Assembly: GCA_018825365.1 (NCBI GenBank) | Contig: JAHJEV010000001.1 | Span: 57,601-121,600 of the forward strand | Reading direction: 5' to 3' | Source of the DNA: Patescibacteria group bacterium | GTDB taxonomy: Bacteria; Patescibacteriota; WWE3; UBA101185; UBA10185 | DNA length: 64,000 nucleotides | Shown here: piece after piece, positions 1 through 10,248 of the stretch | Numbering within the stretch: position 1 is the first letter of the stretch | Layout: every line of letters starts with the position of its first letter | Translations under genes and position numbers: made by a program | Notes under the pieces: model-generated | Told to the model about the DNA's origin: nothing | Seen by the model: the letters and a program-made list of their open reading frames with translations, nothing else | Database searches by the model: none

Positions 1-1040
1 CTTTTTTTACAGCCTCAAAAATATCCGGTATCTGGGATCCGCATCCGGTTAGGCATATCTTTGGAGCAAAGGTTTTTACCCCGGAAAAGTCTTCAAATAA
101 CAGTTTTAAACCACTTACCCATATTTTTATTGGTTCTGAAAGGCAGTTTTTGACCACAGAGGTTTCGCTGGTTGTTAGGTTGCCCAAGTTATATGTTTCA
201 AGAATATTTTCAACCTCGTTTCTGGAAAGTCCCATCGTAGTTTTGATGGAATCAATAAAATGAAGATAGCCTATATTTAGTGTTTTCGTTGAAATTATTC
301 CTCCTCCAAACACCACCCCTACATCTGTTGAGTCTTCCGCCACGCTTATTACGACAAAATCGCTTAATTCCTTTGGAGGAAGTTTTAACCATTCAACCAA
401 GGTGTACATTTGGGACCCGATTGCAATTAAGCTAAGGCCGGCTTTTTTAATCAGATTCTGAAGACTTCTTATATGGTAGGAGGGAGAAAAAGCATTATAA
501 ACACAAGCTTCTACGTTTTCTCCACGCTGACCTTCAAGTACTTCCACACTTTGTCCTTCCACCTTTAGATAAATTTCAGAAGTTGTGATTATCTCAAGCT
601 CGGTTTCGGGATTTCCTGTTATCTGCATAACTTTGTTGTGGGCCTGAATGTATGAAGCCTCCGTTATTTTTGAGTATAGTTCCTCAACCTCTTCTTTCTG
701 AATAGGTCCGTTTGTTGGTCTTTTAAGCCTAATGGTTGTTGCAAGTCCAAGTGTCTCTCCTCCGTCTAGCCCCACAATTGCTCTGTTTAACTTTCCTCCT
801 AAGTCCTCTGTTGCTTTTTCTACGGTATTTTTTAAAGCTTGTGTGACAATATCTTTGTCAAGCACAACCCCGTTTCTTACGGCGTTTTCTGGGAGATTTG
901 TCTTTCCGGATCCAACGATCTTAAACACATCCCCATCAAAGTAAAACGCAAGACATCTCACATCTTTTGCGTTGATATTTATCGATAGGAACCTATTTTC
1001 ATCAGACGAGGCTTTTTCCAAAAAAGGCAGTCTCAGCATT
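1..1040 (-). CDS. Actin-fold ATPase, PilM/FtsA-like (C-terminus truncated by window edge)
   Basis: Manual reverse translation from ATG at 1040 (revcomp) gives MLRLPFLEKASSDENRFLSINI...KIVGSGKTNLPENAVRNGVVLDKDIVTQALK. The N-terminal pattern resembles the PilM/FtsA actin-like N-terminus ('plPegavvdGeI.D'). No stop codon before position 1. Not in the ORF track because the reading frame runs off the window. Confidence 0.45.
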
Positions 1041-1084
1041 ATTTTGATTATACAGAGATATCAGCATACCTTCCAGAAAGGGTC

Positions 1085-3490
1085 TTAGAATGGAAATTTA
1101 TCCAAAGGATTTTTTACCGGTTCTTTGGGTTCGTCTAAAGCCAGTCTTTTGTTTATCGCAGCTTCAACTTCTTCAACCGGGACCCCGTATTTATTTCTTG
1201 ATAATTCTCTTATTTGTTGTGCGGTTTTTGGATCTTTCTTAGGTGAAGATATTTCGTCCCAATCAATAAAAAGTGAGAATGGTGGAGTAGGTTGTCCTTT
1301 GACCAAAAGTCTCATATAAGCATTTCCTACCGGTAGGTTACTTAAATCTTGTTTGGTAAAATTTGGCTGGAATTGCGGTTCCAGATACTCTGCGTCGTCA
1401 ACCCCTACCCTAAAGGCACATATAGTTCCTACATTTCCAAATATTGCGTCTTTTATTTCATCGGTTAGTTGCTGAATGAATTGGTGAACCACCGTAAGAT
1501 TAAGTTTGTATTTTCTTGCCTCGGAAAGAATGGTGGCAAAATCCGGAGTCGCAAAGTTTTGGAACTCATCAACAAAAAGGAAGAAATTGGGAAAGTCCCC
1601 CTTTATCTTATGTCTTTTTAATGCGGCCGCAAGTATTCTTGGAACAAACAAAAGACCGATGAAATTTGAGTTTTCCTCTCCTATTTTCCCTTTCGCCAAA
1701 TCAATAAGAAGGATTTTCTTTTGTGACATCACGTCGTCAAAATTAAACGAGGATTTTGATTGGCCGATGATGTTTCTCATTGTTTTATCTGTCAAAAACC
1801 TATCGAACTTGGAAACGAAATACCCCATTGTTTCACCTTTTCTGCTTTGAGATGTGTGTGCAACCTCATCAATCCAGTACCTTTTCACAAGTGGGTCTGT
1901 AAGTTTGTCCAAAAACTTTTTATGGTAACTTTCGTCTATTAAAAGACGTAAAACATCGACCATCGTTGACTCCGGATCAACCATCGCGGTAAGCATCACG
2001 TTTCTGATTGTTCTTTCAAGCAGTGGACCCATAATACCCTGTTTGTTTGGATCATAAAGCTTGTACAAAAGTGCGATGAACGCATTTATAAGAATGTTTC
2101 TTTCTTCTTCAGTGTGTGCTTCCAGGAGGTTTAAGCCACAAGGCCTTTCTGAGTCTGCGGCATCAAATAAAATAACATCATCCATTCTTTCAGGAGGAAT
2201 TTTTTGTAATATATCATCTATATCAGTTCCGTGAGGATCGATAATGGCAACTCCCTCTCCGCGTTTAATATCCTGAAGAGCTATCCATTTCATAAGCTCC
2301 GACTTACCCGTACCTGTTTGTCCAATAATATAGCAATGTCTTTTTCTATCCTCATCTCTCATAAATACCTTCTTTTCCACACCTCTAAATACACTTTTTC
2401 CAAGATAAACTCCTTCGTTTTCATTAGGCAGTTCTATTGGAGCTGAAGATCTTCTTGCTCCAAGCCATACAATATTGGGGGTCCCGACATTTTTATTAGG
2501 GAAGTGAAAGACTGTTGCCATCTCCACGTTATTTAAAATGGAAACGTTTGAGTAGAGCTGGATACCCATGATCGGGAGCTCTATCTTTTTGATACTAATT
2601 TTTCTGTATATAAAATCTCTAATTAGTTTTTTAGAGGAGATGAAAGTTTTTTTGGCAAATCTGTTGTATGTCGCATCTGTAAATTGTTCAAAAGCTGTTA
2701 CAAGATTTTGAATTAGGGATTCTGCTTCCTGTTTAGTATCGGATATGGAAACGATTCTTATTTTCGTATTAAAGCCGGGGTTCCCAATTTTGCTCTCGAC
2801 CCCCTCTAAAAATTTCTCATCAACATTTGTGCGTTTTTCTGGATTTGCAACGCGTGCTTTTACGCTTGATATAAATCTTCTTCCGGCCATTCTCCAGCTA
2901 TCATCTGCCGGCTGGATAACATACTGAACGGCGATGACTTCTCCGGGTCCCATTTTGCTCATCGCTGAAGTAATAGAGCTTAAAGAATCATTCTTTAAAT
3001 TTTCATAAACTTTTATTGGGTAGTAAGCCGGTGCTTTTAGTTTTAGCTCTGTTATTTTTGTGTATTTTCCTCTGTCCCATATCTCAACCGGTTTTACGAT
3101 ATCTATTTCTGCCGAAGGGTAGGCGGCATTTATTTGTTTTTCAACCAGGGATGATATTTCATCCGGTGTCACTACATAAAACGAGATGCCTTCCGCTTTT
3201 GAGATAATTTCAAAAGCTATTCTGTTTTGACCGGTGAATAAAGACTTCCAAAAGCTTTTTTTAAAACCCATCAGATTAGAAAACATGTGTTCGGCTGCTT
3301 TTGTTTCTATCTCATTATCCGGGGGAAGTTTTATTTGAAGGAAGGTAAGTTTGTACTGGTCTGTTTTCTCGTTAACTCTCCTTTTCCAAGCGGCGAAACC
3401 AAAAACAATTGCTGTCGAGAGGAATACGAGTAGTATCAGGTAAACGGAGATCCAAAATGTATTGTATATAAGGCTATTTGGTTCCACCAT
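1085..3490 (-). CDS. Membrane-anchored P-loop ATPase of the HerA/VirB4/TraC (AAA_10/DUF87-like) class
   Basis: 801 aa. N-terminal TM helix. Walker A 'GQTGTGKSEL' followed by 'AIIDPHGTD' (the 'iiDPkGEy' signature of AAA_10/HerA-VirB4). Walker B-like 'FLFVDEFQNF'. Confidence 0.55.
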   Translation of the reverse strand: MVEPNSLIYNTFWISVYLILLVFLSTAIVFGFAAWKRRVNEKTDQYKLTFLQIKLPPDNEIETKAAEHMFSNLMGFKKSFWKSLFTGQNRIAFEIISKAEGISFYVVTPDEISSLVEKQINAAYPSAEIDIVKPVEIWDRGKYTKITELKLKAPAYYPIKVYENLKNDSLSSITSAMSKMGPGEVIAVQYVIQPADDSWRMAGRRFISSVKARVANPEKRTNVDEKFLEGVESKIGNPGFNTKIRIVSISDTKQEAESLIQNLVTAFEQFTDATYNRFAKKTFISSKKLIRDFIYRKISIKKIELPIMGIQLYSNVSILNNVEMATVFHFPNKNVGTPNIVWLGARRSSAPIELPNENEGVYLGKSVFRGVEKKVFMRDEDRKRHCYIIGQTGTGKSELMKWIALQDIKRGEGVAIIDPHGTDIDDILQKIPPERMDDVILFDAADSERPCGLNLLEAHTEEERNILINAFIALLYKLYDPNKQGIMGPLLERTIRNVMLTAMVDPESTMVDVLRLLIDESYHKKFLDKLTDPLVKRYWIDEVAHTSQSRKGETMGYFVSKFDRFLTDKTMRNIIGQSKSSFNFDDVMSQKKILLIDLAKGKIGEENSNFIGLLFVPRILAAALKRHKIKGDFPNFFLFVDEFQNFATPDFATILSEARKYKLNLTVVHQFIQQLTDEIKDAIFGNVGTICAFRVGVDDAEYLEPQFQPNFTKQDLSNLPVGNAYMRLLVKGQPTPPFSLFIDWDEISSPKKDPKTAQQIRELSRNKYGVPVEEVEAAINKRLALDEPKEPVKNPLDKFPF

Positions 3491-3866
3491 GGGCAGTGAC
3501 TACTCCTGTAATAAATTCCTTTTGTTCTATTTTGTCCGCCTCATTTGTTAGGGTATCTGTGGTTTCTAGGGCTATTGTTTCTACCGCTTCTCCCTGAACC
3601 AATTTGTTCACGACACCTGCCTGTGGCTTTTGATCTGAGATTAAGGTTTCGACCATTTCTTCTTGTGGTGCGGTTTCTATAGGCTCACCAGAAATAGATT
3701 CTACCCGCTCCGTATTAGGGGGTTCTCCAGCCTTAACAACCGCATCCTCTTTTTCCAGCGAGGTTTCTTCTAGCCATTCAGGAACCCGGGTCCCACTTGT
3801 AGGGGATGCTTCGCTCTTCTTATCTTCTAATAAAGAATTAATCACCTGGACAGGAACATTACTCAT
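3474..3866 (-). CDS. Hypothetical acidic protein
   Basis: 130-aa ORF. Its stop overlaps the start of the downstream ATPase gene, so it looks operonic. No recognisable motif. Confidence 0.35.
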   Translation of the reverse strand: MSNVPVQVINSLLEDKKSEASPTSGTRVPEWLEETSLEKEDAVVKAGEPPNTERVESISGEPIETAPQEEMVETLISDQKPQAGVVNKLVQGEAVETIALETTDTLTNEADKIEQKEFITGVVTAHGGTK

Positions 3867-3912
3867 GAGAATATTCTAACACCTGAAGGATTAAAAATTA
3901 ACAAAGCGAGGT

Positions 3913-4329
3913 TTATCTTTTTCTTACACCTTTGAAATATCTCTTCTTTATCTTTTTTGCTTCGTCCTCCAATGTTTCCGCAAAATCCTGAATCTTATCC
4001 ATCACGGGACCTTTTTCCTTTTCTATGGTCTTTTCAATTTCTGAGATTTTTTCCTTTGCAGATTCGATATAAGGATCGGCTTTTTGTTTGTACTGCTGAT
4101 ATTTAACCTTTGCTTTTCCAGCCTCATTTTTGGCTACTACCAAAGCATCTTCTCCTTTTACCTTGTATTCCTTAGCCAGTTTTTTGAGTTTTTTCCTTGT
4201 CTCCTCTCCTTTATCTGGTGCAAAAAGCAGCCCCAAAATCCCTCCTATTACAACACCCCATGTAACTCCCTTAAAGAAGGTATCCCCGCTATGGTATCTC
4301 GGGTATTTTCTTTCCTCTGATTTTTTCAT
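3913..4329 (-). CDS. YtxH/DUF948-like small membrane-associated protein
   Basis: 138 aa. 'GVVIGGILGLLFAPDKGEETRKKLKKL' matches the YtxH-type N-terminal helix plus 'APksGketR' pattern. The rest is lysine-rich coiled-coil. Confidence 0.4.
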   Translation of the reverse strand: MKKSEERKYPRYHSGDTFFKGVTWGVVIGGILGLLFAPDKGEETRKKLKKLAKEYKVKGEDALVVAKNEAGKAKVKYQQYKQKADPYIESAKEKISEIEKTIEKEKGPVMDKIQDFAETLEDEAKKIKKRYFKGVRKR

Positions 4330-4598
4330 TCTTCTTCCTCCTCATCTTCATTGAAAATTGAACTTATGCTTTTTACAGCACTGAGGCCCTTTACCACCCC
4401 GCCCATCAGGCTCGATACCATTGCTACCGGAGCCACAACGTAGTTTGATAACCTTCTTATAGTTTTGGAAACTTCTTTAGCGTCCTCTAGGGTTTCTTTC
4501 ACATCTTTCAAGACAAAAATAGAGTAAACGGCTAAAGCTGTAAGCGTTATGCAAAGGAGGATCAGGATAACTATTAGAATTACTTGTAATATTTCCAT
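4326..4598 (-). CDS. Small membrane protein with poly-Glu C-terminus
   Basis: 90 aa. N-terminal TM helix (ILIVILILLCITLTALAVYSIF). C-terminal EEEEE tail. 4-nt overlap with the downstream gene. Confidence 0.35.
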   Translation of the reverse strand: MEILQVILIVILILLCITLTALAVYSIFVLKDVKETLEDAKEVSKTIRRLSNYVVAPVAMVSSLMGGVVKGLSAVKSISSIFNEDEEEEE

Positions 4599-4703
4599 AG
4601 GCAGTTCTTTCTACCTTAAATATAAACACCCTTTGCACCCGCAGTCAACTGGTCTGGTATACTAAAACATATAAAAATTGTTCTTGGAAGGGGGTTTTGT
4701 TAA

Positions 4704-4937
4704 ATGGATGATAATACACAAAAAACAATAGTTGATGATCAAGTTCAGGGAGATCCGCCTCAGGGGGATCAAGCTGCTCCTGCTACTCCTGTAGCACCGG
4801 CGGCTCCGGTAAGCCCGGCTGTAGAGGAACCTGGGGTTGAAGGAGCTGTTCCGACCCAAGTTTCGCCTGATGGGGAGACCGAGGAAGAGGAATCTTTTGA
4901 GGATTCTGACAACACTGATACAGCTCAAACTCAGTAA
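4704..4937 (+). CDS. Small acidic Pro/Ala-rich protein (orphan)
   Basis: 77-aa ORF preceded by a GGAAGGGGG RBS-like stretch and followed by a strong terminator hairpin. Locally GC-rich. Low complexity. Confidence 0.3.
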   Translation: MDDNTQKTIVDDQVQGDPPQGDQAAPATPVAPAAPVSPAVEEPGVEGAVPTQVSPDGETEEEESFEDSDNTDTAQTQ

Positions 4938-4957
4938 CTAATTATTGGAAAAAGAAA

Positions 4958-4982
4958 GGTCCGCCTGTCACGGACCTTTTTT
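4958..4982. terminator. Bidirectional rho-independent terminator (between the small ORF and the dnaK 3' end)
   Basis: GGTCCG-cctgtca-CGGACC followed by TTTTTT. An A-run precedes the hairpin, so it also reads as a terminator on the minus strand. Confidence 0.6.
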
Positions 4983-5001
4983 AGTTCTTCCTAAAAAGGA
5001 T

Positions 5002-6882
5002 TTATTCTACAACCTCGCCCTCGACAGGCTCGTCTTTTTTGTCCTCTTTTGATTTGTCGTTTTTTTTCTCTTCCCCTGGTTTAGTTTCGTTTTGCTTGTA
5101 CATGTACTGACCAATCTTTTGCATTGACGTAGATAATTCCTCTGTTTTTTTCTTCAACTCTTCAGCAGAGGCTGTTTGTAGCGCATCTTTAATTTCTTTT
5201 ACTTTATCCTCGACCTCTTTTTTCACATCTGCAGGAACCTTATCACCGGCATCTTTAAGTGATTTTTCTGCGGTGTAGCAAAGACCGTCCGCAAGATTTC
5301 TTGCCTCTACTTCTTCTTTTCTTTTCTTGTCTTCCCCAGCGTGGGCCTCTGAGTCTTTAACCATTTTTTCAACCTCATCTTTTGAAAGTCCCGTTCCTCC
5401 TTGAATGGTTATTTTTTGTTCTTTTCCCGAGGCTTTATCCTTTGCAGTTGCATTTAAAATTCCGTTTGCATCAATATCAAATCTAACTTCTACTTGAGGG
5501 ATGCCTCTTGCGGCTGGTGGAATTCCATCCAATATAAATCTTCCTAGAGATTTGTTGTCCGAAGCCATTTCCCGTTCTCCCTGCAACACGTTGATTTCAA
5601 CGCTCGTTTGGTTGTCGGAAGCTGTTGAAAATACTTGGCTTGTCTGGGTCGGAATGGTAGTGTTTCTCTTAATAAGAGGCGTAGAGATCCCTCCCAATGT
5701 TTCAATTCCAAGTGTTAGCGGAGTTACATCTAAAAGCAAGACATCTTTAACGTCTCCTGCTAAAACTCCTCCCTGAATTGCGGCTCCAACAGCAACAACT
5801 TCATCAGGATTTATGCTTTTGTTTGGTTCCTTACCAAAAAACTCTTTGACGATCTGAACAACTTTGGGCATCCTGGTCATTCCGCCAACTAAAACTATCT
5901 CATCGATTTGCTCTTTCTTTAATCCCGAATCCTTCATAGCGTTTTCGATAGGTTGAATTGTTCTTTGAATTAAATCATCAACAAGTTGCTCAAGTTTTGA
6001 TCTGGTCAGCTTAACATCCAGATGTTTTGGTCCGGATTTATCAGCTGTAATAAAGGGAATGCTTATCTCCGTTTCCATTGTGGAGGAAAGTTCGATCTTT
6101 GCTTTTTCAGCAGCATCTTTCAGTCTTTGCATGGCCTGTCTGTCCGTCGATAAATTTACCCCAGTTTCCTTTTTGAACTCTTCCAAAAGCCAGCTAATGA
6201 CTTTCTGATCAAAATCATCTCCGCCAAGATAGGTATCTCCGTTTGTAGCTTTTACTTCAAACACCCCGTCTCCGATTTCAAGAACAGAGACATCAAAAGT
6301 TCCTCCGCCCAAATCGTAGATGATTATCTTTTCATTCTTCTTTTTATCAAGTCCATACGCAAGAGAAGAAGCTGTTGGTTCATTAATAATTCTTTTTACC
6401 TCAAACCCCGCTATCTTTCCTGCCTCCTGAGTAGCGGTTCTTTGTGAGTCGTTAAAGTATGCAGGGACGGTGATAATGGCATCTGTTATTTTTTGACCCA
6501 GAAAGCTTTCAGCATCGGCTTTCATTTTGGTAAGTATTTTTGCTGAGATCTCTTGAGGTGTATAAACTTTTCCTTCAACCTCAACACATGCAAGACCGTT
6601 TTGTCCTTCGACAATTTCGTACGGATAGTTCTTTTTAATCTTTTGAATTTCAGGGTCTGAGTACTTTCTTCCCATCAGCCTTTTTATCGAAAAGACAGTG
6701 TTTTTCGGGTTTACTACCTGTTGTCTTTTTGCAGGTACTCCGACAATATTCTGATCCGGAACTACAATTGATGGGGTAGTATTCCCGCCCTCTGCGCTGG
6801 GGATTACTTTGGTAGTCCCGCCCTCCATAACGGCCATGCAGCTGTTAGTTGTCCCTAAATCTATTCCTAGTATTTTTGACAT
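5002..6882 (-). CDS. dnaK: Chaperone DnaK (Hsp70)
   Basis: [18 protein letters not shown]..., DLGGGTFD, and a full Hsp70 architecture. Start moved to ATG at 6882, which has a perfect GGAGGA RBS. The longer track ORF would overlap grpE. Confidence 0.95.
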   Translation of the reverse strand: MSKILGIDLGTTNSCMAVMEGGTTKVIPSAEGGNTTPSIVVPDQNIVGVPAKRQQVVNPKNTVFSIKRLMGRKYSDPEIQKIKKNYPYEIVEGQNGLACVEVEGKVYTPQEISAKILTKMKADAESFLGQKITDAIITVPAYFNDSQRTATQEAGKIAGFEVKRIINEPTASSLAYGLDKKKNEKIIIYDLGGGTFDVSVLEIGDGVFEVKATNGDTYLGGDDFDQKVISWLLEEFKKETGVNLSTDRQAMQRLKDAAEKAKIELSSTMETEISIPFITADKSGPKHLDVKLTRSKLEQLVDDLIQRTIQPIENAMKDSGLKKEQIDEIVLVGGMTRMPKVVQIVKEFFGKEPNKSINPDEVVAVGAAIQGGVLAGDVKDVLLLDVTPLTLGIETLGGISTPLIKRNTTIPTQTSQVFSTASDNQTSVEINVLQGEREMASDNKSLGRFILDGIPPAARGIPQVEVRFDIDANGILNATAKDKASGKEQKITIQGGTGLSKDEVEKMVKDSEAHAGEDKKRKEEVEARNLADGLCYTAEKSLKDAGDKVPADVKKEVEDKVKEIKDALQTASAEELKKKTEELSTSMQKIGQYMYKQNETKPGEEKKNDKSKEDKKDEPVEGEVVE

Positions 6883-6895
6883 AAAATCCTCCTTT

Positions 6896-7345
6896 TTATT
6901 CCTGGCCGACAATTACCTTTGCCGGTCGTAATAACTTTCCATTTAATAAATAACCTCTTAGTATAGTTTTCAAAACTTTGTTTTTCTCTCCTTTTTTGGT
7001 TTCTACAGCCTCCATAGTTTCGTGATCAAATTCCTTTCCTTCGGCTTCTACTTCCTGTACCCCCATACTGATAAGTGTTTTTCTAAACTCTCTTAATGTA
7101 AGTTCCAGACCTTTATCTTTAATATGTTTCTCGATTTTTTCCAAGTTATCCAAAAAGGGTAGGAACTCTTCGACCGTTTGTTTTTTTACATAAAAAACTA
7201 ATTGTTCTTTGTCTTCAGCTATTCTTTTTTCAAGATTTTTGTAGTCGGCTAAAGCTCTTTTCCAATTGCTTTCCAGATCAGAAACTTTCTGTCCAAATTC
7301 CTTAATTTGTTTGTGGTATCTCTCTAATTTATCTTTTTCTTTCAT
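6896..7345 (-). CDS. grpE: Nucleotide exchange factor GrpE
   Basis: 149 aa. Coiled-coil N-terminus and a GrpE-like C-terminus. Sits immediately upstream of dnaK in the canonical hrcA-grpE-dnaK order. Confidence 0.85.
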   Translation of the reverse strand: MKEKDKLERYHKQIKEFGQKVSDLESNWKRALADYKNLEKRIAEDKEQLVFYVKKQTVEEFLPFLDNLEKIEKHIKDKGLELTLREFRKTLISMGVQEVEAEGKEFDHETMEAVETKKGEKNKVLKTILRGYLLNGKLLRPAKVIVGQE

Positions 7346-7372
7346 ATGAATTTCTGGGCAGTAAATTGGCTT

Positions 7373-8095
7373 TTACCAAGAACCCCCAAGTTCCTCTAAA
7401 AGTTTTTTTGTATACTTAACAATTGGGATTATTTTTTGGTAGTCTAGTCTTGATGGTCCAAGAATGGCTAGGAAACCTCCCTTGTCCCCCACTTTGTAGG
7501 GCGTGAATATAATTGTTGATTTTGTAAGGTTTTCTACGGGGATCTCATCACCAATTAGTGTGTAGATTTCTCTTCCTGGGGCCACACTCTGGAAAATTCT
7601 ATCTAAAATTTCGTAGCTGTCTAATATTCTTAGTGCTGATTTTGCTATATCTATGTCCCAAAATTCTTTATGCTCCAAAACATTTACTGTCCCCGCAGAA
7701 GTTACGAACGCTTCGTCAGTTGTAGCTATAGATAAGCATCCGGTTGCCTCTGCCATAGCAAGAGTAGTTTCTCTCAAAAGTTTTTCCATCTCAAATCTAT
7801 TTGTCCAAAGTCTTTGTTTTAATGCGACTTCTTGTAAAACAGGAAGCTCTTCTTCCTGCATAAGTTCGTCTATATACATTCGATAAGCCATTTTTGTAGG
7901 AACTCTTCCGGATGATGTGTGGAGCATTTCCAAAAATCCTTGGTCAATAAGTTTTGCCATCTCGTTTCTTATTGTGGCTGGGGAGCAATGGAGATTGTAT
8001 TTCTGAACTATCTCAACCGAGCCTACCGGTTCGGCCGTGTTTATATAATCGTCTATTATTGCTTGAAGCAATTGAACCTGTCTTTCGGTCAACAT
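7373..8095 (-). CDS. hrcA: Heat-inducible transcription repressor HrcA (compact)
   Basis: N-terminal 'LTERQVQLLQAIIDDYINTAEPVGSVEIV...ATIRNEMAKL' winged-helix typical of HrcA. Operon context with grpE-dnaK. At 240 aa it is shorter than typical HrcA. Confidence 0.8.
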   Translation of the reverse strand: MLTERQVQLLQAIIDDYINTAEPVGSVEIVQKYNLHCSPATIRNEMAKLIDQGFLEMLHTSSGRVPTKMAYRMYIDELMQEEELPVLQEVALKQRLWTNRFEMEKLLRETTLAMAEATGCLSIATTDEAFVTSAGTVNVLEHKEFWDIDIAKSALRILDSYEILDRIFQSVAPGREIYTLIGDEIPVENLTKSTIIFTPYKVGDKGGFLAILGPSRLDYQKIIPIVKYTKKLLEELGGSW

Positions 8096-8097
8096 AG

Positions 8098-8133
8098 TTA
8101 TCAGTATAGTATCACGAGTGCTAAGGTTGTCAA
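8098..8133 (-). promoter_or_regulatory. CIRCE-like inverted repeat overlapping a TTGACA -35 box upstream of hrcA
   Basis: Plus strand TTAtCAgTa-N9-GAGTGCTAA (8098-8124) against the CIRCE consensus TTAGCACTC-N9-GAGTGCTAA. One half-site is perfect; the other matches 6/9. On the minus strand TTGACA (8128-8133) sits 3 nt upstream. The hrcA ATG follows directly, suggesting a leaderless or short-leader transcript. Confidence 0.45.
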
Positions 8134-8143
8134 GAGAATTTGT

Positions 8144-9925
8144 TTACTTTGTGAGTATTTGTCTGAAAGCTTCTTGAGGAATATCGACCTGGCCTATTTT
8201 TTTCATTCTAGCCTTGCCTTTTTTCTGAATATCTAAAAGCTTGTCTTTTCTTTCTCTGTGCCCCCCAGACATTTTTGCCAAAACATTTTTTCGTAGTGCT
8301 GGGATATCTTCTCTTGCAATTATTTTTCCGCCAACAGTGGCTTGAAGTGATACAACGAATTGCTGCTTTGGTATTACACCTTTTAGTTTTCTAATTAATG
8401 ACTTCCCAATTTCGTCGGCCCTTGCCCTTAAAACTATGTTTGAAAGCGGCTCGACCATTTTCCCGTGCACTAAAACATCAAGTTTTACCACGTCGACAGT
8501 TTGGTAATCTGAAAATTCATAATCAAGACTTGCGAATCCTGAGGATATCGTTTTTAGGTCATCAAAAAAGTTATAGATAAGCTCGGATAGAGGGAGTTCG
8601 TATTCAAACACCACGTTTTGTTCATTTGGGTACTCCATTTTTTTCAAAACTGCTCTCCTATCTTTACAAAGATTCATTATTGACCCTGAGTATGCAGCCG
8701 GGGTTATTATCGTACAAAAGATCCAAGGCTCTTGTATTTCAAGAATGCTTGATCTATCGGGAAGTTGAGACGGAGTCCTCACATATAGTAGTTCGTTTCT
8801 TGTATTTGTGACTTTGTACTCAACGGTTGGCGTGGTTGATATCAAATTTAAATCATATTCCCTCTCAAGCCTTTCTTGGATTATCTCGGCATGTAAAAGT
8901 CCTAAAAACCCGCATCTAAAGCCAAACCCTAGGGCTGAGCTACTTTCGGGTTCAAAACTCAAGGATGAGTCTGAAAGGAAAAGTTTTTCCAAGGCGTCTC
9001 TTAGCTGGTTTGATTTTGATGTATCAATCGGGTACATGGATACAAACACGAAAGGTTTGATTTCCTTGTAACCCGAGAGTGGTTTTGAAATGTCATCTTC
9101 CCAGCATACGGTGTCACCAACTTTTACTGCGTGTATGTCCTTAAATCCCGTTGCGATGTACCCGACCTCTCCTGTTTTGAGTTCGTTTGTTTTTACTCTT
9201 TTAAGTTTAAAGTACCCTGCTTCTTCTGGAGAGTAGATTTTTTTTGTTGCTAAGAATTTTATTTTTCTTTTGCCGTTAAGTATAAATTCACCATCAACGA
9301 CTCTTATTGTTGCAACAACCCCCAGGTACTCGTCATAAGATGAGTCAAATACCAAAGCTCTTGATGATGCGTTCTTATCACCTTGGGGATAGGGTACTTC
9401 CTTTATAATTTTTTCAAGCATGTCAGAAACTCCCTCTCCTGTTTTCGCGGATACTTTCAAGATGTCTTCTTTCTTAAACCCGAAAGTTTTAACCATATCG
9501 ATCTCAGTTTTTTCAATGTCTCCAATTCCCATATCAATTTTGTTTATAACGGGAATAATTTTTAAACCTGCTTCTTTTGCCTTGTAATAATTGGAAACCG
9601 TTTGTGCCTGGATACCCTGAGTTTTATCAACAAGCAATACTGCACCTTCGCATGCGGCCAGGGATCTGAAAACCTCGTACGTAAAATCAACATGTCCGGG
9701 AGTATCGATAAGATTTAGTTGATATCCCTTGTATTCCATTCTTATAGCCTTGAGTTTTATGGTTATTCCTTTTTCTCTTTCCAGATCCATTGAGTCTAGC
9801 GTTTGCTTTACGATGTCTCTTTGATCAATCGCGTGAGTTAACTCCAATAACCTATCCGCTAAGGTAGATTTACCGTGGTCTATATGGGCAATTATGCAAA
9901 AATTACGAATATGGTCCTGACTCAT
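8144..9925 (-). CDS. lepA: Elongation factor 4 (LepA)
   Basis: N-terminus IRNFCIIAHIDHGKSTLADRLLE, a G-domain, and a LepA C-terminal domain. 593 aa. Confidence 0.95.
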   Translation of the reverse strand: MSQDHIRNFCIIAHIDHGKSTLADRLLELTHAIDQRDIVKQTLDSMDLEREKGITIKLKAIRMEYKGYQLNLIDTPGHVDFTYEVFRSLAACEGAVLLVDKTQGIQAQTVSNYYKAKEAGLKIIPVINKIDMGIGDIEKTEIDMVKTFGFKKEDILKVSAKTGEGVSDMLEKIIKEVPYPQGDKNASSRALVFDSSYDEYLGVVATIRVVDGEFILNGKRKIKFLATKKIYSPEEAGYFKLKRVKTNELKTGEVGYIATGFKDIHAVKVGDTVCWEDDISKPLSGYKEIKPFVFVSMYPIDTSKSNQLRDALEKLFLSDSSLSFEPESSSALGFGFRCGFLGLLHAEIIQERLEREYDLNLISTTPTVEYKVTNTRNELLYVRTPSQLPDRSSILEIQEPWIFCTIITPAAYSGSIMNLCKDRRAVLKKMEYPNEQNVVFEYELPLSELIYNFFDDLKTISSGFASLDYEFSDYQTVDVVKLDVLVHGKMVEPLSNIVLRARADEIGKSLIRKLKGVIPKQQFVVSLQATVGGKIIAREDIPALRKNVLAKMSGGHRERKDKLLDIQKKGKARMKKIGQVDIPQEAFRQILTK

Positions 9926-9991
9926 GAGGTGATTTTACTATAAAAGATAACAAAAAGTGCGGAAGTTTGGTTATGCTTCCGCATTGAATTA

Positions 9992-10195
9992 TTAATCAGC
10001 TGATCGAACACTTAATAAAACAGTCTCTGGGTCGAATTCGTCTGGGTTGAAAACAAAATTGATTCCGAGTTCTCTTGCCCAGGTTTTCGCTTGGGGTATG
10101 TCGACTATATTGTATTCACCCCAAAGCTCGTGTTGTCGAGCCTTTTTGATATATCTCAATTTACCAAGGGTGGAGGGATTGGTTTGTGTATTCAT
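9992..10195 (-). CDS. Hypothetical small protein
   Basis: 67-aa ORF sitting in the gap between lepA and murJ. No recognisable motif. Confidence 0.25.
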   Translation of the reverse strand: MNTQTNPSTLGKLRYIKKARQHELWGEYNIVDIPQAKTWARELGINFVFNPDEFDPETVLLSVRSAD

Positions 10196-10248
10196 TTATT
10201 CTCCTTTCTATTATTTTGTCTAGAATATACTAGTAAATTGATCTTTTA

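Noticed and set aside
4662-4928. 88-aa minus-strand ORF overlapping the small acidic plus-strand ORF
   Set aside because: Arg/Ser-rich low-complexity mirror frame of a GC-rich stretch. No RBS.
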